64,000 bases of DNA, from assembly GCA_947492885.1 (NCBI GenBank), contig CANLPK010000001.1, positions 36,852-100,851 on the forward strand, read 5' to 3'. The DNA comes from Bacteroidota bacterium. GTDB taxonomy: Bacteria > Bacteroidota > Bacteroidia > UKL13-3. Both the position numbers and the translations under genes were made by a program. This document shows positions 8,116 to 16,516 of this stretch, piece by piece (the stretch's first letter is position 1; each line of letters starts with the position of its first letter). Below the pieces are notes generated by a model that was given only the letters and a program-made list of their open reading frames with translations, did no database searches and was not told where the DNA came from.

Positions 8116-10668
8116 TTATCGATAGCTATTATTTACAATCGGGAAAGTAATTCCAGGGCATGACCTTGTAACCCCATAATTTAGAGTTGAGTTATAGACA
8201 TTTGAATTAAATACTTTTCGAATTTGTCTATCACAAAAGTTACTAATATCGGGATCGGTAAATAGGCTTTTCAATCTTACATCACCAAAATCAATAACAT
8301 GGAAATCGGAAATTGATACAGTATATAAATTTTGATATTCAATTAATCGGTCCTTCACAAAATTGCTGCAACATTCTTCAGGCCAACGTGTATTAAAGAA
8401 GTTATTTGTAATTGAGGAAATGTACAAGTTGGTACCTAAATAAAGAGTAGGGCAACCAGGGTCGTTATTGGTTGTATAGAAGCTGGTCAAAAATTCGCCT
8501 ATATATTCATCAAAAATTATATCATAAGCATTATCAAGAAAGGTGTCATTAGTGGCAATTAAAATTCCACCGGCCTTATCACTACTTAATCCAGGATGTC
8601 CAAATGTTCTCTTTCCAAGAAAAACAGCGATATCGGCATTGGAAATTGTTGTATTAATAATTGTAAGCTTTCCTTGAATAGCGTTCGGAGCGCACGAATT
8701 TACATCACCCCATACTTCAATACCTTGCCATCTGCATCCACCTATTCTAGAGTTGACAATTTTTAATTCAGCATAATTATCAACTACAATAATTCCACAC
8801 CTTTTCATTTGAATATTACAATTAGAAATAGTCAGTCGTAAACCTGGTGGAACTTTTATTGGAACACCAATAATAATATTAGTATTGTCTTTGAAATAAT
8901 TAGTATCTGCCGCAGTGAGGACATAATAAAATTGATGGAACATATCCTCAGTTTGTGCTCTGTTTTCAAATGGGGAATTGGCAACCAAATTGCTACAAGC
9001 ACTGATATCAAATTGAATGTAAACTGAATCAATTGTTGAACAATTACCTCCAGGCGGAAAAGCTATCATTTTATACCAGCCTTGTTGAGCTGGAACAATG
9101 TTAAAAATACTATTCGGATTATTTTGTTGCATCACACTCCCATTAGGTAATATTAATTGATATAGATAACCGGGAAGCTTTATTTTACAATCTAAACTTA
9201 ACAAATCTCCACTTGCAATGCAGCGAGTTAATATTAAAATTATATGATCATAATTATTTTGAACTTGTACATTTACTGTATCGGTATAGGAACAGAATGG
9301 TGCAGTGGTTGAAATAATACGTATAACATAACTGGCGTTTTCGGTAATAGTCTGTAATAAGGTTCTACTGTTTCCAATAATGGTATTATTACCTGTCTTA
9401 CGCCATTCATAGGTATAGTTGCCGTTGTTACCTAAGTTATTCTTATCACCATCTAACAATACCTGCTTAGAACAAGGAGAAGTTATATCAGATTGAGCAA
9501 AATTAGAAATCGGATTTGCATTTGATACAGAAACAAAAATACTATCAATAAGACTACAACCGGAACTTGGATATATTTTACATTTATACCAACCACTTCC
9601 AGGGTTATGAAAAATAGCTTGATTATTATATGAATAATTTTGCTGACTACCTGAAGGGGTTGTCCATGAATAAATCATTTGACCTGGAATTGTAGACCCA
9701 AGAATCAAGTCATTGCCACAAGTTGATGATTGAATAATTTGCAACATAGAAGTACCTTGAGGGCCAGGTATTATCTCTATTGTGTCAGTTCCTATACATA
9801 ATGGTGAATTCTGAGAAGGTAGGGTAACTCCGTTTACATAGAGTTGCCTATTAACAATTAATTTTGTATAGACTGATGTTGTATAATTAAATGATAAAGA
9901 ACTTCCTATTAAATTGCCATTTAAATCATAAATGCTATACTGTGGATTATAAAAATTATATGTTGGCATTTGCTTATCAACTAAGTTTATAGTGGAAGAT
10001 ATACCACAAGTTATTGTTATTTGTTTGTTTTGAACAAAATTGAAGTTCGGAATAACTTCAACATTATCAAAATAGAAACCAGATTGACTTGAACCACATA
10101 ATGGATTTGTACTGAAAGGAAAAATCCATAACTTACCTGAACTCATTCCCATTTTCCCGGGATTAAATTTTATTGAGGTACCATATGAATTCCAATTTGT
10201 ATTATTTGTTTTAGTGATTTTCATAATTTCCATTCCATCATTTGGGTTCATTGTTAATATTGCGGGATTAGTTAATAATCTAACTGCATCATAATCTATG
10301 GTAACCCCAGGAGGAAGAAGGTGTTTAATTTTCAACCCAATTAAATAGCAACCTTCGGAGAAAGAAAATGAATCACTAGCAACACTTTCAAAATAACCAA
10401 CACTATTAAAAGCCCAAACAAATCCTGAAGTTGGCAGCGATACATTATTCGGGTCCAAATCAGGGGTCGCGTTATATTCCCAATGATCAACAAACCCGAG
10501 AGAAAATGCATTGCCCATCACCATTCCATTTAAATACCAATGAGTATTAGGAGTTATTTCTGGATTCTTTATAAGATTGGCGGGACTTTGGGCAATAAGG
10601 CACAGAGAATTTAACTGCAAGAATAAATACAGAATGAAAAATGATTTTGAAGTTTTGTTTGAATTCAT
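8116..10668 (-). CDS. large Cys-rich exported protein (jelly-roll-like N-terminus, Ig-like repeats, beta-helix-like C-terminal part), no recognisable T9SS CTD
   Basis: 850 aa with a signal peptide (FFILYLFLQLNSLCLIAQS). Internal repeats are visible by eye (IYSWTTPSGSQQNY...GWYKCKIYPSSGCSLIDSIFVSV versus YLYQLILPNGSVMQQ...GWYKMIAFPPGGNCSTIDSVYIQF). A beta-helix-like stretch follows (NCNIQMKRCGIIVVDNYAELKIVNSRIGGC). It is the first gene of a 3-gene block with 1-2 nt gaps. Confidence 0.6.
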   Translation of the reverse strand: MNSNKTSKSFFILYLFLQLNSLCLIAQSPANLIKNPEITPNTHWYLNGMVMGNAFSLGFVDHWEYNATPDLDPNNVSLPTSGFVWAFNSVGYFESVASDSFSFSEGCYLIGLKIKHLLPPGVTIDYDAVRLLTNPAILTMNPNDGMEIMKITKTNNTNWNSYGTSIKFNPGKMGMSSGKLWIFPFSTNPLCGSSQSGFYFDNVEVIPNFNFVQNKQITITCGISSTINLVDKQMPTYNFYNPQYSIYDLNGNLIGSSLSFNYTTSVYTKLIVNRQLYVNGVTLPSQNSPLCIGTDTIEIIPGPQGTSMLQIIQSSTCGNDLILGSTIPGQMIYSWTTPSGSQQNYSYNNQAIFHNPGSGWYKCKIYPSSGCSLIDSIFVSVSNANPISNFAQSDITSPCSKQVLLDGDKNNLGNNGNYTYEWRKTGNNTIIGNSRTLLQTITENASYVIRIISTTAPFCSYTDTVNVQVQNNYDHIILILTRCIASGDLLSLDCKIKLPGYLYQLILPNGSVMQQNNPNSIFNIVPAQQGWYKMIAFPPGGNCSTIDSVYIQFDISACSNLVANSPFENRAQTEDMFHQFYYVLTAADTNYFKDNTNIIIGVPIKVPPGLRLTISNCNIQMKRCGIIVVDNYAELKIVNSRIGGCRWQGIEVWGDVNSCAPNAIQGKLTIINTTISNADIAVFLGKRTFGHPGLSSDKAGGILIATNDTFLDNAYDIIFDEYIGEFLTSFYTTNNDPGCPTLYLGTNLYISSITNNFFNTRWPEECCSNFVKDRLIEYQNLYTVSISDFHVIDFGDVRLKSLFTDPDISNFCDRQIRKVFNSNVYNSTLNYGVTRSCPGITFPIVNNSYR

Positions 10669-11061
10669 AAGAATAGAATTTTAAAATAAGAATTTTAGTT
10701 ATTCAAATCTATGGATTAATTGTTAGAATAAGATAAATTTTTTATAGTATCAGAATAGCTATGGTTTAAATACCCTTAAGGATCTTTCCAACATATATTT
10801 AGTGGGATGCATCTATTCAAGCAAATTTTAATCTTAGAATGTAGAAAAAACTAGATTTATACTATTTAATTATTTAAATGTATGAAAGAATTCAGTATTT
10901 GAGATCGATTATAGATAAGGTCTATGGATTAGTTGTGAAATGTTTATAGTGTTTTTAATATAAGCTTTGAAAAGTCATTTCAAAAAGCCAATTTGCTAAA
11001 AGTTCCAGAATAGAAATTCAGTGAAAAATTCAACGAATTATTAAGAAAGGTGATTTTGTTT

Positions 11062-11139
11062 TGTTCCGTAGGAACTTATCGTGGGTAGCCAAAATATGAT
11101 TCCCCTTCTGAATTGTTCCGTAGGAACCAATCGTGTTGA
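11062..11139 (-). repeat. two REP-like head+hairpin modules, inverted relative to the array at 11675-12146
   Basis: The first is GTTCCGTAGGAAC+TTATCGTGGGTAG (11062-11087). The second is GTTCCGTAGGAAC+CAATCGTGTTGAT (11114-11139). Their reverse complements (CTACCCACGATAA-GTTCCTACGGAAC and ATCAACACGATTG-GTTCCTACGGAAC) match the modules downstream of the HUH gene. Confidence 0.8.
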
Positions 11140-11209
11140 TTTTAATCGTGAAATTAATTTTGAACTTATTGAAGCAATTAATATAATTGTAGAATAATAA
11201 AATAAACTT

Positions 11210-11671
11210 ATGCCTAATAACTACTCCCAAGTTCATCTACAATTGGTCTTCGCTGTTAAATATCGTGAAGCTGTCATCCATAAAAGTTGGAAAGAAAATT
11301 TACATAAATTCATTACTCGAAATATAGAAACGAATAAACACAAATTGCTTCAAATAAATTCAATGCCTGATCATGTCCATATATTGATTGGTATGAGACC
11401 TCATCAATCAATTTCGAACCTTGTGCAGGATATAAAAGTAGAGAGCAGTAAATGGATTAAAGAACAGAAATTTTGCATTTTCCCATTCTCTTGGCAGGAG
11501 GGATATGGGGTATTCTCTTATTCAAAAAGTCACGTGAATGCAGTAATTCGATATATACAAAATCAAGAAATCCATCACGAAAAAATTAATTTTATAGATG
11601 AGTATCGAAAATTGTTAACTGTGTTTGAGATCAAATGGGAAGAACCTTATATCTTCAAACCATTGGAATAA
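11210..11671 (+). CDS. stand-alone HUH/Y1 transposase homolog (IS200/IS605 TnpA-like, REP-associated tyrosine transposase type)
   Basis: 153 aa. HUH motif in PDHVHILIG and a conserved Tyr helix in VIRYIQNQEIHH. There is no tnpB-like partner, and the gene is flanked by inverted copies of a short hairpin repeat. Confidence 0.8.
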   Translation: MPNNYSQVHLQLVFAVKYREAVIHKSWKENLHKFITRNIETNKHKLLQINSMPDHVHILIGMRPHQSISNLVQDIKVESSKWIKEQKFCIFPFSWQEGYGVFSYSKSHVNAVIRYIQNQEIHHEKINFIDEYRKLLTVFEIKWEEPYIFKPLE

Positions 11672-11674
11672 TGC

Positions 11675-12146
11675 AATATCTACACGACTGGTTCCTACGG
11701 AACAGGAAGACGGGGGGCGTGTCATATTTTCTACCCACGATAAGCCCCTACAGGGCGAGAATACAAGTCAAAATTTGTTTTCATTGTTATTTATTGTAAT
11801 CAATTTCTACACGATTGATTCCTACAGAACAGGAGAGACGGGTGATGTGCGTTTTTCTACCCACGATAAGCCCTTACAGGGCAAGAATACAAGAGTAAGT
11901 TTGTTTTCATTGTTATTAACTGAAATCAATATCTACACGACTGGTTCCTACGGAACAGGAAGACGGGGGCGTGTCATATTTTCTACCCACGATAAGCCCC
12001 TACAGGGCGAGAATACAAGCGTAAATTTATTTTCTTAGTTATTAATTGAAATCAATATCTACACGATTGGTTCCTACAGAACAGGAGAGACGGGTGATGT
12101 ACGCTTTTCTACCCACGATAAGCCTCTACAGGGTCAAGAATACAAG
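11675..12146 (+). repeat. tandem array of four ~126-bp units (A-B-A-B), each carrying two REP-like head+hairpin modules
   Basis: Conserved cores of the units lie at 11675-11767, 11802-11893, 11928-12019 and 12054-12146. Each holds tctacacga(c/t)tgGTTCCtac(g/a)GAACagga and tctacccacgataaGCCCctacaGGGCgaga. The AT-rich linkers are also conserved. The super-period is 252-253 bp. Confidence 0.9.
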
Positions 12147-12147
12147 A

Positions 12148-14169
12148 CTATTTTGTCTCCAGCATTTTTTGCATTGCAAACATCTCATCACGAAGCTTTG
12201 CAGCAAGCATAAAATCGGTTTCTTTGGCTGCTTTTTGCATGGCTTTCTGTGTATCAGCAATCATTTTTTCGAGCTGTGGTTTGCTTAATATTTTCATCAC
12301 CGGATCGGCAGCCAAATCAGGGGATATAGGTTCTAAATAGAATTTACTTCCACCATCTTTGCTATCGGCCACTTTTGTTTGACGCATGATTTCATCAATA
12401 CTCTTACGAACGGTTTGTGGTGTGATACCATGTTCGGTATTGTATGCAATTTGCTTTTCGCGTCGACGGTTGGTTTCTTCAATGGTTTTTCGCATGCTCT
12501 CGGTGATGCGGTCGGCATACATGATTACCTTCCCTTGATCATTACGGGCTGCACGTCCTATGGTTTGCACCAACGAAGTGGTGCTTCGTAAAAATCCTTC
12601 CTTATCGGCATCCATAATGGCTACCAAACTCACCTCAGGCAAGTCCAAACCTTCTCTTAATAAATTCACCCCAATCAATACATCATATACTCCCAAACGC
12701 AAGTCACGCAATATTTCTACGCGATCGAGGGTCTTCACTTCACTATGAATATAAGCACATTTGATATTCAAACGAAGCATGTATTTGCTTAGCTCCTCCG
12801 CCATACGCTTGGTGAGGGTCGTTACCAATACACGATCTCCCATTTTCACGCGCTCATCAATTTCATCGAGGAGGTTATCTACCTGGTTGATGCTTGGTCG
12901 AACTTCAATCACAGGATCTAATAAACCAGTAGGACGAATGAGTTGTTCTACAATCAATCCTTCTGCTTCATTCAATTCGTAATCGGCTGGGGTGGCGCTT
13001 ACATAAATTGTTTGTTTTGTAATCTCACCAAATTCTTCAAATTTCAAGGGGCGATTATCCATCGCGGCGGGGAGTCGGAAACCGTTTTCCACCAAGGCTT
13101 GTTTGCGACTTCTATCACCACCAAACATGGCTTTTATTTGAGGCATCGATACATGACTTTCATCCACCACAAGCAGGAAATCATCTGCGAAATAATCGAG
13201 CAAACAGAAAGGGCGATCACCCGCTTTTCGTTTGTCCATATATCTCGAATAGTTCTCAATGCCGCTGCAGTAGCCCAATTCACGCATCATCTCCAAATCG
13301 AACGTAACACGATCTTCGAGGCGGCGTGCTTCAACAGTAAGGCCCACATTGCGGAAATATTCGCATTGCTTCACCATATCATCTTGTATTTCGTGAATGG
13401 CTTGTTGCAATGAATCTTTTGAACTCACATATAAATTGGCAGGGTAGATGGCTACCATATCGGTCTTTTCCAAACGCTGTCCGGTAAGCGGATCAAACAT
13501 TTCGAGTGCTTCAATTTCATCGTCGAAGAAATGAATGCGATAGGCATAATCCGCATAAGCGAGATATACATCCACGGTATCGCCTTTCACACGGAAATTA
13601 CCTCGATTAAAATCAGCGGTGGTGCGACTGTAAAGTCCATCCACCAATTGATACAAAAGTGTTTGTCGGCTAATGCGTTGTCCGAGTTTTAGATGAATGA
13701 TACTTCCCTTGATATCCATTGGATTTCCGGCACCATAGATGCATGATACCGAAGCCACCACGATAATATCTCTGCGTCCACTCAATAAGGAAGAAGTTGT
13801 TTTCAAACGAAACTTTTCTATCTCTTCATTAATCTGCAAATCCTTTTCAATATAAGTTCCGGTAGAAGCAATAAATGCTTCTGGCTGATAGTAGTCGTAA
13901 TAGCTCACAAAATATTCTACTGCATTATCAGGAAAGAATTGCTTGAACTCCCCATAGAGCTGGGCAACGAGGGTTTTATTATGGCTTAGAATAAGGGTAG
14001 GGCGGTTTACTTGTGCAATCACATTGGCCACAGTAAAAGTTTTACCACTCCCCGTAACACCGAGCAATACCTGCGCTTTCTCACCTCGATTCAAGCCACC
14101 CACCAACTGTACTATAGCAGCTGGCTGATCGCCAGTAGGTTGAAAGTCGGATGTAAGTTTGAAGTCCAT
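12148..14169 (-). CDS. uvrB: excinuclease ABC subunit B
   Basis: Walker A GVTGSGKTF, helicase motifs, and the C-terminal UVR domain (LEKMIADTQKAMQKAAKETDFMLAAKLRDE). The start was trimmed from a TTG to the ATG at 14167-14169 (MDFKLTSDFQPTGDQP). Confidence 0.95.
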   Translation of the reverse strand: MDFKLTSDFQPTGDQPAAIVQLVGGLNRGEKAQVLLGVTGSGKTFTVANVIAQVNRPTLILSHNKTLVAQLYGEFKQFFPDNAVEYFVSYYDYYQPEAFIASTGTYIEKDLQINEEIEKFRLKTTSSLLSGRRDIIVVASVSCIYGAGNPMDIKGSIIHLKLGQRISRQTLLYQLVDGLYSRTTADFNRGNFRVKGDTVDVYLAYADYAYRIHFFDDEIEALEMFDPLTGQRLEKTDMVAIYPANLYVSSKDSLQQAIHEIQDDMVKQCEYFRNVGLTVEARRLEDRVTFDLEMMRELGYCSGIENYSRYMDKRKAGDRPFCLLDYFADDFLLVVDESHVSMPQIKAMFGGDRSRKQALVENGFRLPAAMDNRPLKFEEFGEITKQTIYVSATPADYELNEAEGLIVEQLIRPTGLLDPVIEVRPSINQVDNLLDEIDERVKMGDRVLVTTLTKRMAEELSKYMLRLNIKCAYIHSEVKTLDRVEILRDLRLGVYDVLIGVNLLREGLDLPEVSLVAIMDADKEGFLRSTTSLVQTIGRAARNDQGKVIMYADRITESMRKTIEETNRRREKQIAYNTEHGITPQTVRKSIDEIMRQTKVADSKDGGSKFYLEPISPDLAADPVMKILSKPQLEKMIADTQKAMQKAAKETDFMLAAKLRDEMFAMQKMLETK

Positions 14170-14268
14170 AATTGAGGATTGCAAAGGTAGTCAATGCCAA
14201 AGGAAAAACGAGGAGGGAGCTAAGTATTGGATGAAACAAACATTGGAACTAGGTTTCGTTAATTGTTT

Positions 14269-15120
14269 TTATCCAATGAACATTTCAAACCAGAATGATT
14301 TTTCTTCCTTTGGGTTTAAGTGATTGATGCCACGTTTTTCAATTATCTTAGAATTTCTGTCAGCCTCATCAGTTACACCCCACCAGGGTTCTATGCATAC
14401 AAATGGCGCGTTGGGTTGTTTCCAGAGGCCAAGATAAGTGCAATCATCCCAGGAAACTTTTAATGAATAGGTTTTGCTTTTTAATGCCACCCATTTCGAT
14501 TTGAATTTGGATAGTACCAAAGCATCGTCTTTAAATAGTAATTCAGAAATAGGAAGCCGTCTATTTTCTAGTGGGATTTGTTGTTCGATATTAGTGAGTA
14601 ATCCATCTTGTAATAAGGTACGATGCAAAATTTCATCTGCTTCAAATTCAAAAAAGTAATCCTCCAAATTTTCACCAGTATTCAAGGGGCATAAAAACCC
14701 AGGATGTGCTCCCACACTAAATTGTAACACCTTGCTTCCTTCATTCACAATACGATAGGTGGTGCGTACGCCTTCAGTCCCTAAAGTGTAGGTGATATAA
14801 AAATCATACTCAAAAGGATAGTTGGGGTTTTTGTTTTCAAGGAGTCGAAACTCAAGACTGCTGGATGTTTGCGCAACGAGTTCGAATTCACTGTCACGTG
14901 CAAAACCATGTTGCGATAGCGAGTATTCCTGGCCTTCATACACATAGCTATTATTTTTTAGTTTGCCAACTATTGGAAACAGAACTGGTGCATGTCGCTG
15001 CCAAAAAGGAGGGTTTTTGGTCCAAAGATAATTGACCCCATCTTTTTTCAATTCAGTGAGTTCGGCACCTAAAGTATCGACACTGATTTCATAATTATCT
15101 TTTGTGAGATTGTATTTCAT
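14269..15120 (-). CDS. aldose 1-epimerase (galactose mutarotase-like) family protein
   Basis: 283 aa with family-typical segments: FPIVGKLKNN, LSQHGFARD, GAHPGF, EPWWG. Confidence 0.75.
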   Translation of the reverse strand: MKYNLTKDNYEISVDTLGAELTELKKDGVNYLWTKNPPFWQRHAPVLFPIVGKLKNNSYVYEGQEYSLSQHGFARDSEFELVAQTSSSLEFRLLENKNPNYPFEYDFYITYTLGTEGVRTTYRIVNEGSKVLQFSVGAHPGFLCPLNTGENLEDYFFEFEADEILHRTLLQDGLLTNIEQQIPLENRRLPISELLFKDDALVLSKFKSKWVALKSKTYSLKVSWDDCTYLGLWKQPNAPFVCIEPWWGVTDEADRNSKIIEKRGINHLNPKEEKSFWFEMFIG

Positions 15121-15160
15121 AAGGAATATTTATTCTTATTCCATCTTTTACCAATATGAA

Positions 15161-15961
15161 TTACTCGCCTTTGAAATTGGCTTTGCGTTTCTCAATGAAA
15201 GCTTGCACTCCTTCTTTATAATCATGGCTATTGCCTGCAATTTCCTGGCAGTACATTTCATATTCAAGCATGGTATCAAGGTCGCTATGATATGATTTGT
15301 TCAACATTTTCTTCATTAACCCATACGCTTTCGTTGGGCCGTTAGCATACACAGTGGCTATGGCATTTACTTCTTCATCGAGTTTCTCTTCAGGCACCAC
15401 ACGATTCACCATACCCCATTCAAAGGCTTGTTGGGCGCTTACTTTAGTTCCCAATGTTGCGAGTTCAAAGGCACGAGCACTTCCTATTAATCGTGGTAAG
15501 AAATACGACGAGCCGCTATCGAGCACCAAACCAATATTAACGAATACCTCAATTAGAGAAGCCTTTTCAGAAGCCACAATAAAATCGGATGCCAGGGCGA
15601 GCGAACAACCTGCTCCTGCAGCAACACCATTCAAGCGGCATACAATAGGCTTAGGCATATTGCGCATGGCGCGAATAATGGGATTGTAACGGGTAGTCAA
15701 CGATTCGATGAAAGAACGTTTTTCGGCACCTGAGATGGCTTTCAAATCTTGTCCGCTGCAAAATGCTTTTCCAGCCCCAGTGAGCACTACCACATTCACT
15801 TTGGCATCGCGCTCCATTTGCTTCAAAGCGTCTTGCAATTCAAAGCTTTGGGTATTATCAAAAGCATTAAAAACTTCTGGACGATTCAAAGTAATTGTTC
15901 CTATTTTGTTTTCCACTTTCAAAAGTAAGGTGGTATAAACTTTCTCTTCTTTTTTAGCCAC
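15161..15961 (-). CDS. enoyl-CoA hydratase/isomerase (crotonase) family protein
   Basis: Crotonase oxyanion-hole region LTGAGKAFCSGQDL and full-length family architecture. The first codon is GTG (15959-15961) and there is no in-frame ATG near the N-terminus. Confidence 0.85.
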   Translation of the reverse strand: MAKKEEKVYTTLLLKVENKIGTITLNRPEVFNAFDNTQSFELQDALKQMERDAKVNVVVLTGAGKAFCSGQDLKAISGAEKRSFIESLTTRYNPIIRAMRNMPKPIVCRLNGVAAGAGCSLALASDFIVASEKASLIEVFVNIGLVLDSGSSYFLPRLIGSARAFELATLGTKVSAQQAFEWGMVNRVVPEEKLDEEVNAIATVYANGPTKAYGLMKKMLNKSYHSDLDTMLEYEMYCQEIAGNSHDYKEGVQAFIEKRKANFKGE

Positions 15962-15984
15962 GGTAATAATTTATTTAGTGTTGA

Positions 15985-16452
15985 TTATTCTAATTCGAGT
16001 TCTTGAAGTTTTTCGGAAAGGGTTTCAAAATCCATCATACCAGTTTCATCCTCACCACCTGTAGTAAAGGTGAGCGCGAAAATGGATCCATCCTGATTTG
16101 TAATCTGCTCAGGTTCGAGTAGGCAGTCGATGCCAAAAATACTACTTGGTCCAATTTTTTGAAATGGCATAGAAGCAATTTCTTCTGGAGAATAATTTCC
16201 TTGTATTAATACGGCATCCAATTGGAGTTCGAGTGCAATCGCCACAATTTCGTCGGCAGGTTTTTGGTTGAATTCGCCGATGAATTTCACACCACTCAAC
16301 CATCCCATAATTTCTTTGGCCTTGGCTACGGTAATGAACTGATCACTATTACTATCGAAACAAAAGCCAACATAATCTACCATCATCGCAGCAGCGTATC
16401 GGGCAGCGGTAAGGTTATTCACGGATAAAAATGCAATCGGATGTTTGTACAT
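15985..16452 (-). CDS. hypothetical protein with weak resemblance to phosphoribosylanthranilate isomerase (TrpF-like, probably non-catalytic)
   Basis: 155 aa. The pattern ...AARYAAAMMVDYVGFCFDSNSDQFITVAKAKEI...EIVAIALELQLDAVLIQGNYSPEE resembles the first half of TrpF barrels. The protein is short and the expected N-terminal KICG-type Cys is absent (AFLS). Confidence 0.35.
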   Translation of the reverse strand: MYKHPIAFLSVNNLTAARYAAAMMVDYVGFCFDSNSDQFITVAKAKEIMGWLSGVKFIGEFNQKPADEIVAIALELQLDAVLIQGNYSPEEIASMPFQKIGPSSIFGIDCLLEPEQITNQDGSIFALTFTTGGEDETGMMDFETLSEKLQELELE

Positions 16453-16516
16453 ATCTTCGCTGCGAAAATAATACTTTTACCGAAGCAAAATTATTTTTTG
16501 CACTGACTTATATCCT

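Noticed and set aside
11030-11236. 68-aa minus-strand ORF upstream of the RAYT gene.
   Set aside because: It spans the two inverted REP-like modules and AT-rich spacer, overlaps the RAYT start, and has a low-complexity I/N/K/F composition typical of random AT-rich frames.
11675-12146. The regularly spaced repeat array looked superficially like a CRISPR array.
   Set aside because: The repeats are ~90 bp rather than 25-40 bp. The ~35-bp spacers are themselves conserved between units, so this is a plain tandem repeat. There are no cas genes in the window, and the adjacent gene is an HUH transposase homolog.
11625-12288. ORF-track entries 11625-12038 (137 aa, with a thrice-repeated STHDKPLQGENTS) and 12046-12288 (80 aa).
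   Set aside because: Both are read-through of the tandem repeat units, so the repeated peptide simply mirrors the DNA repeat. The second also runs antisense into uvrB. Neither has a start context or coding-like composition.
12148-14184. N-terminal extensions in the ORF track for uvrB. The same applies to pdxJ 40367, rarA 47409, argC 57169, argF' 59403, the 24444 protein, and the 2908/4579/6002 ends.
   Set aside because: Where I checked the first codon (uvrB, rarA, argF', the 24444 protein), the extension starts at TTG. In every case it adds residues absent from the conserved family N-terminus, or preceding an obvious signal peptide. A downstream ATG restores the canonical N-terminus in each case.
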